Shown here piece after piece: positions 12,589-23,453 of a DNA stretch of 64,000 nt (positions are counted from its first letter, which is position 1; each line of letters starts with the position of its first letter). The stretch is from a virus. Its lineage: Duplodnaviria; Heunggongvirae; Uroviricota; Caudoviricetes. The position numbers and the translations under genes were made by a program. The DNA is taken from the IMG/VR virus record IMGVR_UViG_3300042259_000129. One strand, 5' to 3'. The notes beneath the pieces are model-generated. The model saw nothing but the letters and a program-made list of their open reading frames with translations. It was not told the origin of the DNA and searched no databases.

Positions 12589-13825
12589 CTTTTAACACCT
12601 TTGTTATAAATTCTGCTACACAGCCTTCGTTCTTATCGTAAACAATACCTAACGCGGATTTTACTCCTTTGACATATCCCTTTGAATAATGCCAAGCATC
12701 AGTACCACATAGAGAAGGAAGAACTCTAACTTGTACACCATTGTAAACATCTCCCGAAATATATTCAGTCATTTTCTTTCTATGCCAATGGCCAATTTGA
12801 TACTCATAAAATTCTGATTTTGCTCAATGTTCTTTTGCTTCTCTTGCCATAAGTAAGGGTAAATTAGCATGCTTCTCTTCAGATCCGTGGGACAACCCAA
12901 TTAATGTAGATCCGTAATTGTAATATTTTCTTAGTGCTGGAGAATTATCTACATTAACATGTTTGTCTAATCTATATCAAGCATATAAAAATTCACCAAG
13001 ATAGAAACATGTTGCTTTATCATGATTACCGGGAACAATAATAACATCTACATCAGCAATTGCTCTACAATAGTCAATTACTTCAATAAGAGTTTCAGAT
13101 ACTACTCTGAAAACTTTTGTCCAACGTGAATCAGAATCCTGGGGTGTACCAGCAGATGTTTCGTTTCTGATACCATCAAAGTTAAAAAGATCATTTCCAA
13201 TTGGCATTAGAATTTTTTCAATATTAAGATGAGAAGCTTTATTGAGAAGATCTTTAATTGCATTAAGATAATATTTTTTAGCAATCTTAATATCATAAGA
13301 ATCCCCTGTTTCCATGTCCCACGCTAATTTAGCAAAATGATGATCTGTAATAGCAATCTCATACATACAAGGGAAAGATTTCTTCTTTCTTTCAATTGGT
13401 TCATATTTCTTAGGAAGAAGTTTGTATTGCTCCCTAATAATATCTAATGTAATGTCTTTTAGAATTTTCTTAAAAATAACTTTAGATTGTTTGTTTGTAT
13501 GGGGAGTAACATTACCAAGATCATCTTTAATAGGAGTTTCCCATTCATTATGAGTAATTCTTTCAATTTGTCAGAAATTTGGATTTAAATTGAATTTTTC
13601 AAAAAGATCTTCTTCTGTTACTTCTTCTGAAAATTCTCCTACAAATTCATCATTTGAAAAAACAAGTTCATCTTCATCAGTATAACAAAATTTATTAAAA
13701 CCCAATTCAACTTTTTCTACATGTCTGCTAACAGTTCCTCAGTCAATACCAAGTTTCTTTGCTGTGGCGGTTTTGTTTTTGTTTTGTTCTATATATACCT
13801 TATAAATTTCTTCACTACTATACAT
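12581..13825 (-). CDS. Calcineurin-like metallophosphoesterase with an N-terminal HTH domain. About 415 aa with 3 TGA.
   Basis: GNHD (IIVPGNHDKA) and GHxH (IGHWHRK) phosphoesterase motifs. The N-terminus KTATAKKLGIDWGTVSRHV looks HTH-like. GGAG ribosome-binding site. Fragments 12977..13366 and 12581..12772 are in frame across TGA. Confidence 0.65.
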
Positions 13826-13833
13826 TTTTTCTC

Positions 13834-14478
13834 CTAATTAACAATTGAAAATAATCTTACTTCTTCTTTAGAAGCTAAATCTACCATTACTCCAGAACAT
13901 GTGATTGTAGTAGATTCTTTATTATTTAATTTAAAAGTTGTACCATGTTGTACAGATTCATAATCTAAGAAAATAGCGGGGAACTCTAATATAACTGGGT
14001 TATCTAAATCATTATTTACAATAATATGAAAATCAATATACATAAACTGGTTAAGACCTGTATTAAAAGCACTTTTAATATCGACATGTAATTGAGCTAA
14101 AGCACTCTTATTTAAATTAAGAAATAGTTCATTATCATTTTTCACAGTAAAATAATAGGGAGGGGCAACATCAGATCTCCTCTTAATAATTACTGTATCA
14201 ATATCAACTACAGCATAATCCTTTACATCCTTTCTAACATGTTTGATTGATTTAATATTTAAAAAATATTTTTCCAATGTTGCTTGCAGAAAATTAGAAG
14301 ATTTTACAAATTCCTTTTCTGAGGGCACTTCAAAAACTAGTCGACCTGGTAAAACTACGCCATCTTCTTGAGAAGAAAAATGTGTAACATTACTTAAGTT
14401 AACTCTTGTGAATGTACTCTGATCACAACCCATAAAAAATAGACCCATACAAATTAGACACATAATTTTCTTAAACAT
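13834..14478 (-). CDS. Putative lipoprotein.
   Basis: N-terminal signal peptide with a lipobox (LFFMGC). Confidence 0.55.
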   Translation of the reverse strand: MFKKIMCLICMGLFFMGCDQSTFTRVNLSNVTHFSSQEDGVVLPGRLVFEVPSEKEFVKSSNFLQATLEKYFLNIKSIKHVRKDVKDYAVVDIDTVIIKRRSDVAPPYYFTVKNDNELFLNLNKSALAQLHVDIKSAFNTGLNQFMYIDFHIIVNNDLDNPVILEFPAIFLDYESVQHGTTFKLNNKESTTITCSGVMVDLASKEEVRLFSIVN

Positions 14479-14493
14479 AATATTTCTCCTTTT

Positions 14494-15213
14494 TTATTCT
14501 AAACATATTCCACGATACTCACAATAATCACAAAGATTATTTTCTTTTCTTTCAAAATTTTCACATCTTTCAATCTGGTCCACTTGCCAAAGAATTTCTC
14601 TCCATGTTTCCATATGGTTAAAATTATTTAATGTATATTCATGTTCCAATTCTACATAAACATATTTCCCTTTAAGATATTTTGGATTAAAAAGTTTATG
14701 AGCAACATAGCCATAGACCTCTAATTGGAAATTTGACTTAGGAAATCTTTGTAGTTTCTCAACTGAATCTCCTCCAGTTTTCCAATCAATTACATGTGCC
14801 TCATGATCATTATATTGAAACAAATCAATATATCCCATAAAGAAATGTTTAAATCCTTTGACAAGATCAACATCTCCATTTTCAGTAATAGCAAAAGGCT
14901 GTTCAACTAATTGTTTAAATTGCATAATATCCTGAAGATAAGGAAGGAAAAAATCACCTTTAACAAATTTAACTGCTAAAGACAATTCTTTCAAATATTC
15001 CTGTTCAGTCATTTCCTTAAATTCTGGTTTTTGAAATTTAGTTTTATTTCGTTTAAGAACATGTTCAACAATTGAATGTCAAAGTTTTCCCTTTTCAAAG
15101 TGTTTTACTGAAATATTTACTTGAGGTTTAATGATATATCTTCATTCAAACTTCTTAGGGCACTGTTGAAAACATTCAATTTTAGATACTGAATATGGTA
15201 GGTATTTATACAT
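14494..15213 (-). CDS. Cas4-like / RecB-family PD-(D/E)XK nuclease with a Cys cluster. About 240 aa with 2 TGA.
   Basis: N-terminal YSVSKIECFQQCPKKFEW, a core VIDWKTG...YVELEHEY, and C-terminal CDYCEYRGIC. This pattern of an N-terminal Cys plus three C-terminal Cys is typical of Cas4/AddB-type Fe-S nucleases. Confidence 0.65.
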
Positions 15214-15373
15214 TTAGTTCCTCTCCAATAAAAACCCATTCCTTGTAGAAGACAGATTTTCTACAAAATTTCCCAGCTAAAAGACAAAGATGATCAAAAT
15301 CTTTTGCTGTAATTACAACCACATCATAATCATGAGTTCCAAATTTAAATGCTTTTATTTTGTATCTTTTCAT
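15206..15373 (-). CDS. Small hypothetical protein (55 aa).
   Basis: ATG-to-TAA ORF overlapping the downstream start (ATGTATAA). Confidence 0.35.
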   Translation of the reverse strand: MKRYKIKAFKFGTHDYDVVVITAKDFDHLCLLAGKFCRKSVFYKEWVFIGEELNV

Positions 15374-15375
15374 AA

Positions 15376-15615
15376 TTAAATTGCGGGGTTCTTAATTTCC
15401 ATCCAATGGGTGGGCCAATCTATATAATGTGAATTCTGTTCAGTATATTCTTTTCTTTTTCTTTCAAACGTATATGCTTTAAACACATCTGGTAAACGTT
15501 TATTTTCTTCTTTGTCTCGATCAATTAATAATATATTTTGAGAGCCGCCAAAATAAAGAAGAATATGCTTTACATTATCCCCTGGATAAAAATCTTTAAC
15601 ACTATGCCAAATCAT
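15376..15615 (-). CDS. Hypothetical protein.
   Basis: 79-aa ORF with a TAA stop. Confidence 0.45.
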   Translation of the reverse strand: MIWHSVKDFYPGDNVKHILLYFGGSQNILLIDRDKEENKRLPDVFKAYTFERKRKEYTEQNSHYIDWPTHWMEIKNPAI

Positions 15616-15836
15616 TTTCTTTCTCCTTTTTTAAATTTTATATTTTTTAAAATTTGAAATTCTGAACAATTAAGAGTAACTTCATCAATTAAAATAAGTT
15701 TAATATCATTTGTTGAATACATTTGATCATTACAAAACCTATCAAGCAATTTTCTAATTTCAATTCCTATCTCTTTAGAAATTTCAATAGCTTCGGGTGT
15801 ATAAGTCTCATACCTTTCATTAAACAAAGATTTCAT
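15612..15836 (-). CDS. Hypothetical protein. First gene of the leftward cluster, next to the TnpB element.
   Basis: AAGGAA ribosome-binding site before ATG 15836. The longer ORF-track version (to 15938) would run into the repeat and TnpB region. Confidence 0.4.
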   Translation of the reverse strand: MKSLFNERYETYTPEAIEISKEIGIEIRKLLDRFCNDQMYSTNDIKLILIDEVTLNCSEFQILKNIKFKKGERK

Positions 15837-15849
15837 TTTTCGTTCCTTA

Positions 15850-15857
15850 TATAAATA
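15850..15857 (+). promoter_or_regulatory. T4-type late promoter (TATAAATA) oriented into tnpB.
   Basis: Exact TATAAATA match. gp55, the late sigma factor, is encoded at 23961. Confidence 0.45.
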
Positions 15858-15873
15858 GTTAAAAAACCAAAAT

Positions 15874-17103
15874 TTGTTTTCTATAAAGAGATATATAATA
15901 TTAAAATTAGGTTGTAAACAAACGATTAGATCATCCAAACATATTTTGAAGTATCAGACTGGTTCCAAGACGAAAGTCTTGAACAAGTTGTTTGACGACT
16001 TCAGAACAGATCTGTCTTGGTATATTGATCTAATCATTTCAAGTCAGCTTCCACTAACCAAGTTTATGTCTTCTAAGGATCTTCCATCAGGAATCATTAC
16101 TCATTCCCAATGGAAACAAATTCTTTATAAGACGGCTTCTGAAATAGTCAGGTCTCAATACAAACAAGCCTCTAATAGAAGATTTAAACACTATAAGAAA
16201 TTGTTTCATAAGTGTATTAGTGCAAATAAACATTGTTCTTTCACTGACAAGAGATTTAGTGAACTAAACCTCAAGCCAATTCACCAATCTAAGTTCTTTA
16301 GTAAACCCGATTTGAAGAATTTCTCCATCACATTAGATTCAAGATTGATTGATTTTCAATATGGGCTTCATTTCGATGAATTTGTAAGAATCAAGACCCC
16401 ATTATTTCATGAATCTAAGAAACGAGCTATTACAATCAATGTCCCTATTAAACATCATAAGCACAGTCGAAAATTCGATTCTTGGGAACGAAAGAACTCA
16501 GTTCGATTAACACTAAAGAACAATATAATGAATCTTGAATTGATCTACGAGAAAGAAGCACCAGCACTAAAGACCAATGGTTCTGTTCTTGGAATCGATC
16601 AGGGCTATAAGAAACTAATGTCTTGTTCAGATGGAACATTTCTTGGTTCTGAGATGGAATCAATCTACAAATTCATTTCCAACAAGAAGCAAGGTTCCAA
16701 ATCCTTCAAGAGGGCACTGATCCATAGGACCAATGAAACCAATCGAATTTGTAATTCACTAGATCTTTCAGATGTCAAAGAACTTGTGGTCGAAGACCTA
16801 AAGAACCTAAAACACAAGACAAAATTGTCAACAAATTTTATGAACAAGATGCAGCGCTGGGTTTACCCAGCAGTACTAAGCAAACTTGAATCCTTGGCTG
16901 AAATGAACGGTGTTCATTTCACGAAAGTGAATCCTGCTTATACTTCACAGACTTGTTCTAATTGCGGATGTGTGGACCCTGAGTCTCGCCAAGGCGAAGA
17001 CTTCAAGTGTTTGCATTGTGACCATGAGATTGATGCAGATTGAAATGCATCGATCAATATTGCCCGTTTGGGAATTTATAGTTCCCAAAGTCCAAAAAGC
17101 TAA
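15874..17103 (+). CDS. tnpB: TnpB-like RNA-guided nuclease (IS200/IS605 OrfB family). One in-frame TGA inside RuvC-III. Start codon uncertain.
   Basis: LGIDQGYKKLM (RuvC-I Asp), VVEDLKNLK (RuvC-II Glu), zinc finger CSNCGC...CLHCDHE, and DAD[TGA]NASINIARLG (RuvC-III). TnpB proteins typically end ..DADxNAAxNI... Confidence 0.8.
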
Positions 17104-17154
17104 TTTCAATGATTTTAGTAACTATCTATCATTAAGTTCTTATTTTCCTCTTCA

Positions 17155-17162
17155 TATAAATA
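17155..17162 (+). promoter_or_regulatory. T4-type late promoter (TATAAATA) upstream of gene 17189.
   Basis: Exact TATAAATA 27 nt upstream of the ATG. Part of the 22-bp repeat. Confidence 0.5.
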
Positions 17163-17188
17163 GTTAAAAACCATGGAGTTTGACAAAA

Positions 17189-17626
17189 ATGTTAGATAAA
17201 TCGCTCTCACAGTGTTTTGATATTGATGCTGCAAAACAGGAACTTAATGATGTTAAAAATCAATTGGATGAAGATGTAAACAATCCTAATGAAATTCTTC
17301 GCTCAAATATTGAACGTGCAGAAAGATTATTGGATAAAATTGAAACCGAGTGAGATGTGGGCACCACAAATGCAACTATTAGACTTGTTGAAATAGCAGC
17401 CAAATTGATTGATTGTATAACCTCTGCTGCAAACAGTATGTTAGCTAATGATGTTAGTTTGGAAACTACAAATCAAAAACAGGAATATTTGGATCTTAAG
17501 AAATTAGAATTTGAATTAAAGAAGAATAAAGAAGATAAGGTGTTACCATCAGGAGATAATAACACCTATAATCAAAATAATATTATTTTAACATCAAGAG
17601 AAGACATTTTGAAGTTAATGAAATAA
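17189..17626 (+). CDS. Hypothetical protein, 146 aa, with 1 TGA.
   Basis: The ATG 17189 frame runs to 17626 across one TGA. The track shows only the distal part, 17357..17626. Confidence 0.5.
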
Positions 17627-17711
17627 ATAATTTATATAACACTTAAGGAGGTGAAATAGTTTTAGTTTAATTTCTCCAGATAATTATTTATTAAAATATA
17701 AGAGGTAAAAC

Positions 17712-18929
17712 TTGAAAAAAAAGTATATTTTGGATACGAATGTATTAATGGAAGATCATTTATCTATTGAAATTCTCAGGAACGGTGTTGAAAATGAAAT
17801 CTATATCCCTAAAACTGTATTAGATGAATTAGATGGTCTGAAAAAGAATGTTGCCAAGAGACAACAAGTTTTTAGAGTTCTTGATGAACTTGAAAAACAT
17901 AAAGATTATATTCAAATTTTAGATACTCTTAGTTACGAAGAAAGATCTGATAATAAAATTTTAAATGAAATTCAAAATCTTCAAGACAAAGAAAAATATA
18001 CATTTGTAACAAATGACAGATTATTCAGATTTAAAACAGAGAAAGCCGGAATTAATGTGGAAGAATATAAAGCCTCGAATCCCTTTATGGTGGATTCTGA
18101 GAAATATTCTGGATTCATTGAACTATATAATGAGAAAGGGAAAATAGAAGATTTTAATAAATGACCCAATTCATTTCATTTTTCTGAAACTGGAAAGTTA
18201 ATGTACTATTCTGGTAAAGAGAAAAAAGTGTTTGAGGTCCCTGAAACATTAGAAGTATGAAAAATTAAGGGATGAGATGTTTATCAAAGAGCTCTCATTC
18301 AATTGCTACTAGATGATGATGTTCTAGTAACCTCAGTAATGGGAAATGCTGGTTGTGGAAAAAGCTTGATCGCGATAGCATGTGCATTACACTTGGTTTT
18401 ACAGGAAAAGAAACATAAGAAAATTTATATCACAACTTCAAATGTGGAAGCCACTGAGGAACTTGGGTTCAGACCTGGTGATGTAGATGAAAAGTTTTCC
18501 CCACTGATTAGACACATGAAAGAACTGATTCTGAAGTTACACGAGATTAGACCTGCAAATAAACTTTTTGTGGATCCAAGTGTTCAGATCAATAATTTAG
18601 AATTTAACCCAAGAGTTATTGAGTTGATCCCGTTAAACTTTCTCCGCGGAGCAACCCTCGAAAATGCCGTCGTTATCGTCGATGAACTCCAGAATCTTTC
18701 AAAAACTGAACTTAGAACATTAACAAGCAGATGTGGTGAGAATGTGAAGTTTATCGCCACAGGTGATTTAAACCAGATTGATAATCATCATTTAACCAAA
18801 GAAAATAATGGACTAAATTGGATTGTAAAAGCTTTTCAGGGTGACAAGAGATATGGTCACCTAAAGATGAATGGAAAGAGAGCTAGGGGACCTATATGTG
18901 AAATGACGAATGAGAGGTTCCAAAATTAA
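17712..18929 (+). CDS. phoH: PIN-domain plus PhoH-like ATPase (YlaK-type). About 405 aa with 3 TGA.
   Basis: N-terminal PIN signature KKYILDTNVLM. Walker A GNAGCGKSLIA, plus DELQN and a PhoH C-terminal region. Track fragments 17712..18164 and 18303..18929 share a frame. Confidence 0.75.
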
Positions 18930-18971
18930 ATTTTTATAAATAATATAAAGATAGTTTTTAACGGAGAAGTT

Positions 18972-19502
18972 ATGAAATCACTATTAGAAAGAATTGAATT
19001 ATTTGTAGAGGAAAAAGATTCTGAATACCAAAAGTTCTTTAAGAAAAAACTTAAGGAATATGGTGTTGATGAGCCTGATGAATTAAGTAAAGAAGATAAG
19101 AAAAAGTTTTATTCTGAAATCGAAAAAGAATGAGATAAAGAAGACGATCATGTCGATGAGTCTGAAGACGAAGATAAAGAAGAGTCAGACGATGAAGAAG
19201 ACGATGAAGAAGACGATGAAGAAGACGATGAAGAAGACGATGAAGAAGACGATGACGATGATGACAATCTTGACGAAGCAGCTGATCCTCTTGTCAAATT
19301 AAATAAAAAGAAGGCTGCCCTAGAAAAGAAAATTGAAGCTAAAAAAGATGCCTTGAGTTTGGCTAGAGAACGTAGAAGAATGAAGGGTAACAGTAAAGGG
19401 GTCCAGGGGGATAGAGAAATTAAATTATCATCTGAGATTTCATCTTTGGGCCAAGAGCTTCATATGATTAATGCTGAAATTAAAAAATTAGAGGGCAAGT
19501 AA
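18972..19502 (+). CDS. Acidic protein with a (DDEE)n repeat tract and a C-terminal coiled coil.
   Basis: One TGA. Tandem gaagacgatgaagaa units at 19186-19262. GGAG ribosome-binding site. Confidence 0.55.
19186..19262 (+). repeat. In-frame 15-bp tandem repeat (gaagacgatgaagaa), 5 copies, encoding (EDDEE)n.
   Basis: Directly visible in the sequence. Confidence 0.8.
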
Positions 19503-19931
19503 ATGTTGTTTGAAGAATACTTAGATGAAGAAGAATATCTTGAGGAACTTAACGAACTTCTATTTGACTTTATAGATTCTTTAGATCTAGAGAGTCTTTC
19601 TGATGAACAAAATGAAAGACTCGATGACCTTCTTGAATTCATCACTGATATGGAAATTGAATATTCAGACGATGAAGAATCCGATGATGAGGAAGAAGAT
19701 CTAGAAGAAGCTGTAAAGAAAAGAGTTGTTCGAAAAGGAAAAATTATTCGCAAGCTTATTTGTAAAAAGGGGTTCAAAGCAATGGGCTCGAAATGCGTAC
19801 GTATGGCGGCCTCAGAAAGACGACTTCGTAAGAAAATGGCTAAAAGATCTGCTAAAAAAAGAAAAACCAAGAAATCAAGCATGCTTAGACACAGGGCTAG
19901 ATCAATGAGATTAGCCAGAAGAATTCATTAA
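19503..19931 (+). CDS. Protein with an acidic N-terminal half and a highly basic C-terminal tail. Possibly a DNA-binding or internal protein.
   Basis: 142-aa ORF. The C-terminus is RKGKIIRKL...KRSAKKRKTKK...RLARRIH. Confidence 0.55.
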   Translation: MLFEEYLDEEEYLEELNELLFDFIDSLDLESLSDEQNERLDDLLEFITDMEIEYSDDEESDDEEEDLEEAVKKRVVRKGKIIRKLICKKGFKAMGSKCVRMAASERRLRKKMAKRSAKKRKTKKSSMLRHRARSMRLARRIH

Positions 19932-19956
19932 CCATTAGCTAAATAATAAAATTTAA

Positions 19957-19986
19957 GAAGGTCTGTCGAAAGATGGACCTTTTTTG
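19957..19986 (+). terminator. Rho-independent terminator.
   Basis: AAGGTCTGTC-GAAA-GATGGACCTT hairpin (10-bp stem with 2 G-U pairs and a GAAA tetraloop) followed by TTTTTT. Confidence 0.65.
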
Positions 19987-20000
19987 CTATAAATAATTAT

Positions 20001-20468
20001 ATGAGTTACATGCATAATCAATTTAATCCAAATAAACATACTTTATATAATCCTGTAAACCCCCAAAAATATATGGGAGACGTTTCAAAGATTATAAGTA
20101 GATCTTCTTATGAATGAAACTTTTATAGATGATTGGATACTAATGAACAGGTTCTACAATGATGCTCTGAACCAATTGGATTACCTTATGTAGATTGAAC
20201 TGGAAAACAAAGAAAATATTTCCCTGATATTGTTTTTAAATGTAAGACACCAAGTGGACAGGAAAAGATCTATATGGTAGAAATTAAACCATTTAAGGAA
20301 ACGATTCCACCTGTTACCAACAGTAGAAAAAAAGCTAAAACCCTATTACATGAAAAACAGACCTGGGAAACTAATATTAGAAAATGGGAAGCTGCAAAAA
20401 GGTATTGTAAAGCTAAAGGATGAGAGTTCAAATTAATTACAGAAAAAGAATTAGGCATGGGAAGATAA
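20001..20468 (+). CDS. Hypothetical protein, 155 aa, with 4 TGA. Conserved Trp/Tyr-rich core, possibly a nuclease fold.
   Basis: Continuous frame only if TGA is read as sense. No ORF of 60 aa or more in the track, because of the TGA density. Confidence 0.45.
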
Positions 20469-20472
20469 TCTA

Positions 20473-21579
20473 ATGGCAATAAAAGATGATATAAAAAATA
20501 TATTATTTAATAAAGGAAATCAAATACATTATAAAAATATTAAAAAGCTTGATAATGAATATAAATGATTATTGGATCGAATTTTAGATAAAACAAAATT
20601 TTTAAATAATATAAATCCAACAATTAAACAGCGAATTTGATATATTTTAAATGAAGTATCTGAAGTTGTTATGTGTAAGAATTGTGGTAAAGTTCCTCCA
20701 AAATTTAGAGAACGAGGATTAATTCAAGAAGAATTTTGTTCAAGAAAATGTATAGGGAAATATCATCTTAGTGGGGAAAAACATTATTATTTTAAAAATA
20801 AAACTATACCATATGAAGCAACTTTAGAATATATACAAATACATGGATATGATAAAATAGAAGGGCTAGAATGAAAACTAAACCCTAATAACTCCCTATT
20901 AATTCTTATAAAATGTCACCAATGTGGGAAATGGTATACACCAAAGATATGGGAGTTTGTTAATAAAAGGGGTGTTTTTTGTTGTAGTGAAGAATGTAAA
21001 ATAAAAAATCCATTATTTTCTTTAAATGGAAAAGATGGTGTAACGTTTCCGCATAAATGAAAAGGAAGAAGAGAATGAGCTTGGTTTGATACATATTCTC
21101 CTAAAATTTCTTTTTGCGAAGAAACAAAAAAGGAAGAAGAAACTGGAGCGTTGCTAGTAAAATGTATTCAATGTAAAGAATGATTCAGACCTAGTTTTAT
21201 TCAAGTTCTGCAACGTTTAAATGGTTTAAATGTTGGCAAAGGATATTTTTATTGTAGCGATAATTGTAAAGAAGTATGCCCAACATTTGGAAAAAGAAAA
21301 TATACATTGGGACATGAACCATATGCCCAATTAAATATACAGAATGAAATAAAACAGATTGTTTTTGAAAGAGACAATTATACATGTCAAATATGTGGAA
21401 AAACAAAAGAAGAATTGGGAAATGTTCATTTATGCTGCCACCATATAGATCCAATAAAGAATAATCCAGTTGAAAGCGCGGATGTAGATAATTGTATTAG
21501 TGTATGTAGAACCTGTCATAATATGATACATAGTAATAATTGTAATTATGGATTTCTAAGTACTTGTAAAGAACAATGA
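20473..21579 (+). CDS. Free-standing HNH endonuclease with N-terminal zinc fingers. About 368 aa with about 5 TGA.
   Basis: C-terminal HNH: CQICGKTKEE...HLCCHHIDP...N...CISVCRTCHNMIH. Several CxxC...C motifs upstream. Confidence 0.7.
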
Positions 21580-21594
21580 TAAAGGAACAAAACT

Positions 21595-22062
21595 ATGGCA
21601 ATTAAAATATCGCTTACCCATAAACATGGCAATATTACAATGAGATCTGGTGAATTCTATACATTCAATTACACTGGATTCGCTCATGATCCTAGACCTC
21701 ATATTCTTTTTATTAACAAAATTTCAGGAATACATCCCAAGTCAAATCATGAGCATCACTATATACAGGGCATTAACCTGACATATATCCCTAGACAGGA
21801 CAGAAGAAAATTTGTAGATGATTGGATTAAGAATTATTCAAAATCAAAAAATTTAAATTTCACATGACAATTAATAAAAAGAAAATACCCTTATATTGCA
21901 TTTGGAATTAGAAGATATTTTTGGAAGCCCCCTTATTATATGTCAAAAATGGAACATTTAGATACTATTGAAAAAATAGAAAAGGTTATTGTGGGCAATT
22001 GGGCCAAAGATTTCAGTAAAAAACTTAGAATGAAAATTGCTCAAATTTTCAAAAGAAGATAA
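21595..22062 (+). CDS. Hypothetical protein, 155 aa, with 1 TGA.
   Basis: Continuous frame 21595..22062. Confidence 0.5.
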
Positions 22063-22074
22063 AGAGGATTTGCT

Positions 22075-23130
22075 ATGCGGCTGTGGAAATTGTTATTTAT
22101 AACTTTAATTTTTACGTTAGATCTTTTGTTGATTACTAAACCAGTATCAACATCGAATTTGAATAAGAGTCTTTTATTACCAGTATTAAAAATTGCTATA
22201 GTTAATTCATATGATATTGACCATGTTTGTGGAAGCCCACAAACACAAGGCATAATTTCACAGTTGACAAAATGAAAGAATGATTATCAATTTGATATTC
22301 AAGTATGATACATGAAAACTGGTTTGACTTTTACAACACCAGAAGAAATAGAATACATATCAAAAAAAGTTATATGGGATATTAAAGCATTCGCCCCAGA
22401 TTATATCTTTACTGTTGATGATACTGCATTTAAGAACATAGGAATACCTTTTTCTAAAACTCATAAAATATTTTTTACCGGGATTAATAAACCTATTTTA
22501 GATTATGTTAATTCAGATAATATAGAAATATCAAAATATAGTGGTATAGAAGAATATATTACTTTAGATAAATTTTTTAAAATGCTTTCGAAAATAGAAG
22601 TTTATCCATCGAAGTTTTGAATATTATCAGATTCCAGCACAACTTCTTTTTTTCTAGCTGATCAATATAAAGAACAGATTAAAAAGAATACCTCATTTGA
22701 TGTTAATGTAATAGTTATAAATACAATTTCAGGATTAAGAGAAACATTAAATAAATTGCAAAGAGAAAAACTTGGTGTAATAATATATGCTTTTCAAACA
22801 TTAACAGATACTGATTATAATGTTGTAAAATCCAAAAAATCAGTTTTAGATGATATGTTTAAATATAATAGAAAACATTTAGAACTATGTGAAAATTTTT
22901 ATTATTCACAAAAGGGGATAGCTATGACAATTTCACCAGATTTTTATAAAATGGGGTCAGATACAGCAATATTATTTCAAGAAGCATTATTAAATAATAA
23001 TTGAGAATCTAAAATTTTGAGCTCTCAAACTAAATTTTCAATAAATATTAAAAGACTTGAGGAACTTAACTTCGGTTGAATATATAGTAAAATAATTGAA
23101 GAGGTAGACGGGTCTTATGCAGTATATTAA
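22075..23130 (+). CDS. Hypothetical secreted or membrane-anchored protein, 352 aa, with about 4 TGA.
   Basis: N-terminal hydrophobic segment (LLFITLIFTLDLLLI). Fragments 22075, 22312 and 22756 share one frame. Confidence 0.45.
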
Positions 23131-23422
23131 AGGGAAGATAGGATTATTTTTACATAAAATATTATCTAATCTTCATTATATTTCAGCAATCATCATAGGT
23201 ATTTTGTTTATAACTAATATGCTGTTTTATAAGTCAGAGGAAGTCAACCTGGAGGATGTATTATTAGATAAAACTTTTGAAAATGTTGATGAAATATACA
23301 TTAATAATGAATTCGGGAAGTCAATAATTTTAAAAGTTCCACATAGATCAAGGATCATAGTTCATAAGAAAGAACTTAATGAAAACAATTCCTTCTTAAT
23401 ACGGGTTGATGTTTTAAAATAG
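23117..23422 (+). CDS. Small membrane protein.
   Basis: Predicted transmembrane helix (AIIIGILFITNMLF). Confidence 0.5.
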   Translation: MQYIKGKIGLFLHKILSNLHYISAIIIGILFITNMLFYKSEEVNLEDVLLDKTFENVDEIYINNEFGKSIILKVPHRSRIIVHKKELNENNSFLIRVDVLK

Positions 23423-23453
23423 GAGGTGATGTGTAAATAATAAGGAGAACGAT

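Larger units (their letters stand above)
15850..17170 (+). mobile_element. IS200/IS605-family-like element carrying only tnpB (no tnpA), bracketed by a 22-bp imperfect direct repeat.
   Basis: The gene has TnpB RuvC-I/II/III and a zinc finger. Flanks are ATATAAATAGTTAAAAAACC (15849-15870) and ATATAAATAGTTAAAAACC (17154-17172). Inserted at the divergent junction between the leftward and rightward gene clusters. Confidence 0.6.

Noticed and set aside
15203-15210. TATAAATA on the minus strand at the start of the Cas4-like gene.
   Set aside because: It lies inside the first codons (ATG TAT AAA TAC), not upstream of them. Most likely a coding coincidence.
15612-15938. Long version (108 aa) of the leftward gene, extending to 15938 and overlapping the tnpB start.
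   Set aside because: A ribosome-binding site and ATG at 15836 give a cleaner gene. The extension would read through the direct repeat and late-promoter element.
19460-19882. 140-aa minus-strand Ser/Leu-rich ORF.
   Set aside because: Antisense to two acidic/basic plus-strand genes with good ribosome-binding sites. A mirror ORF.
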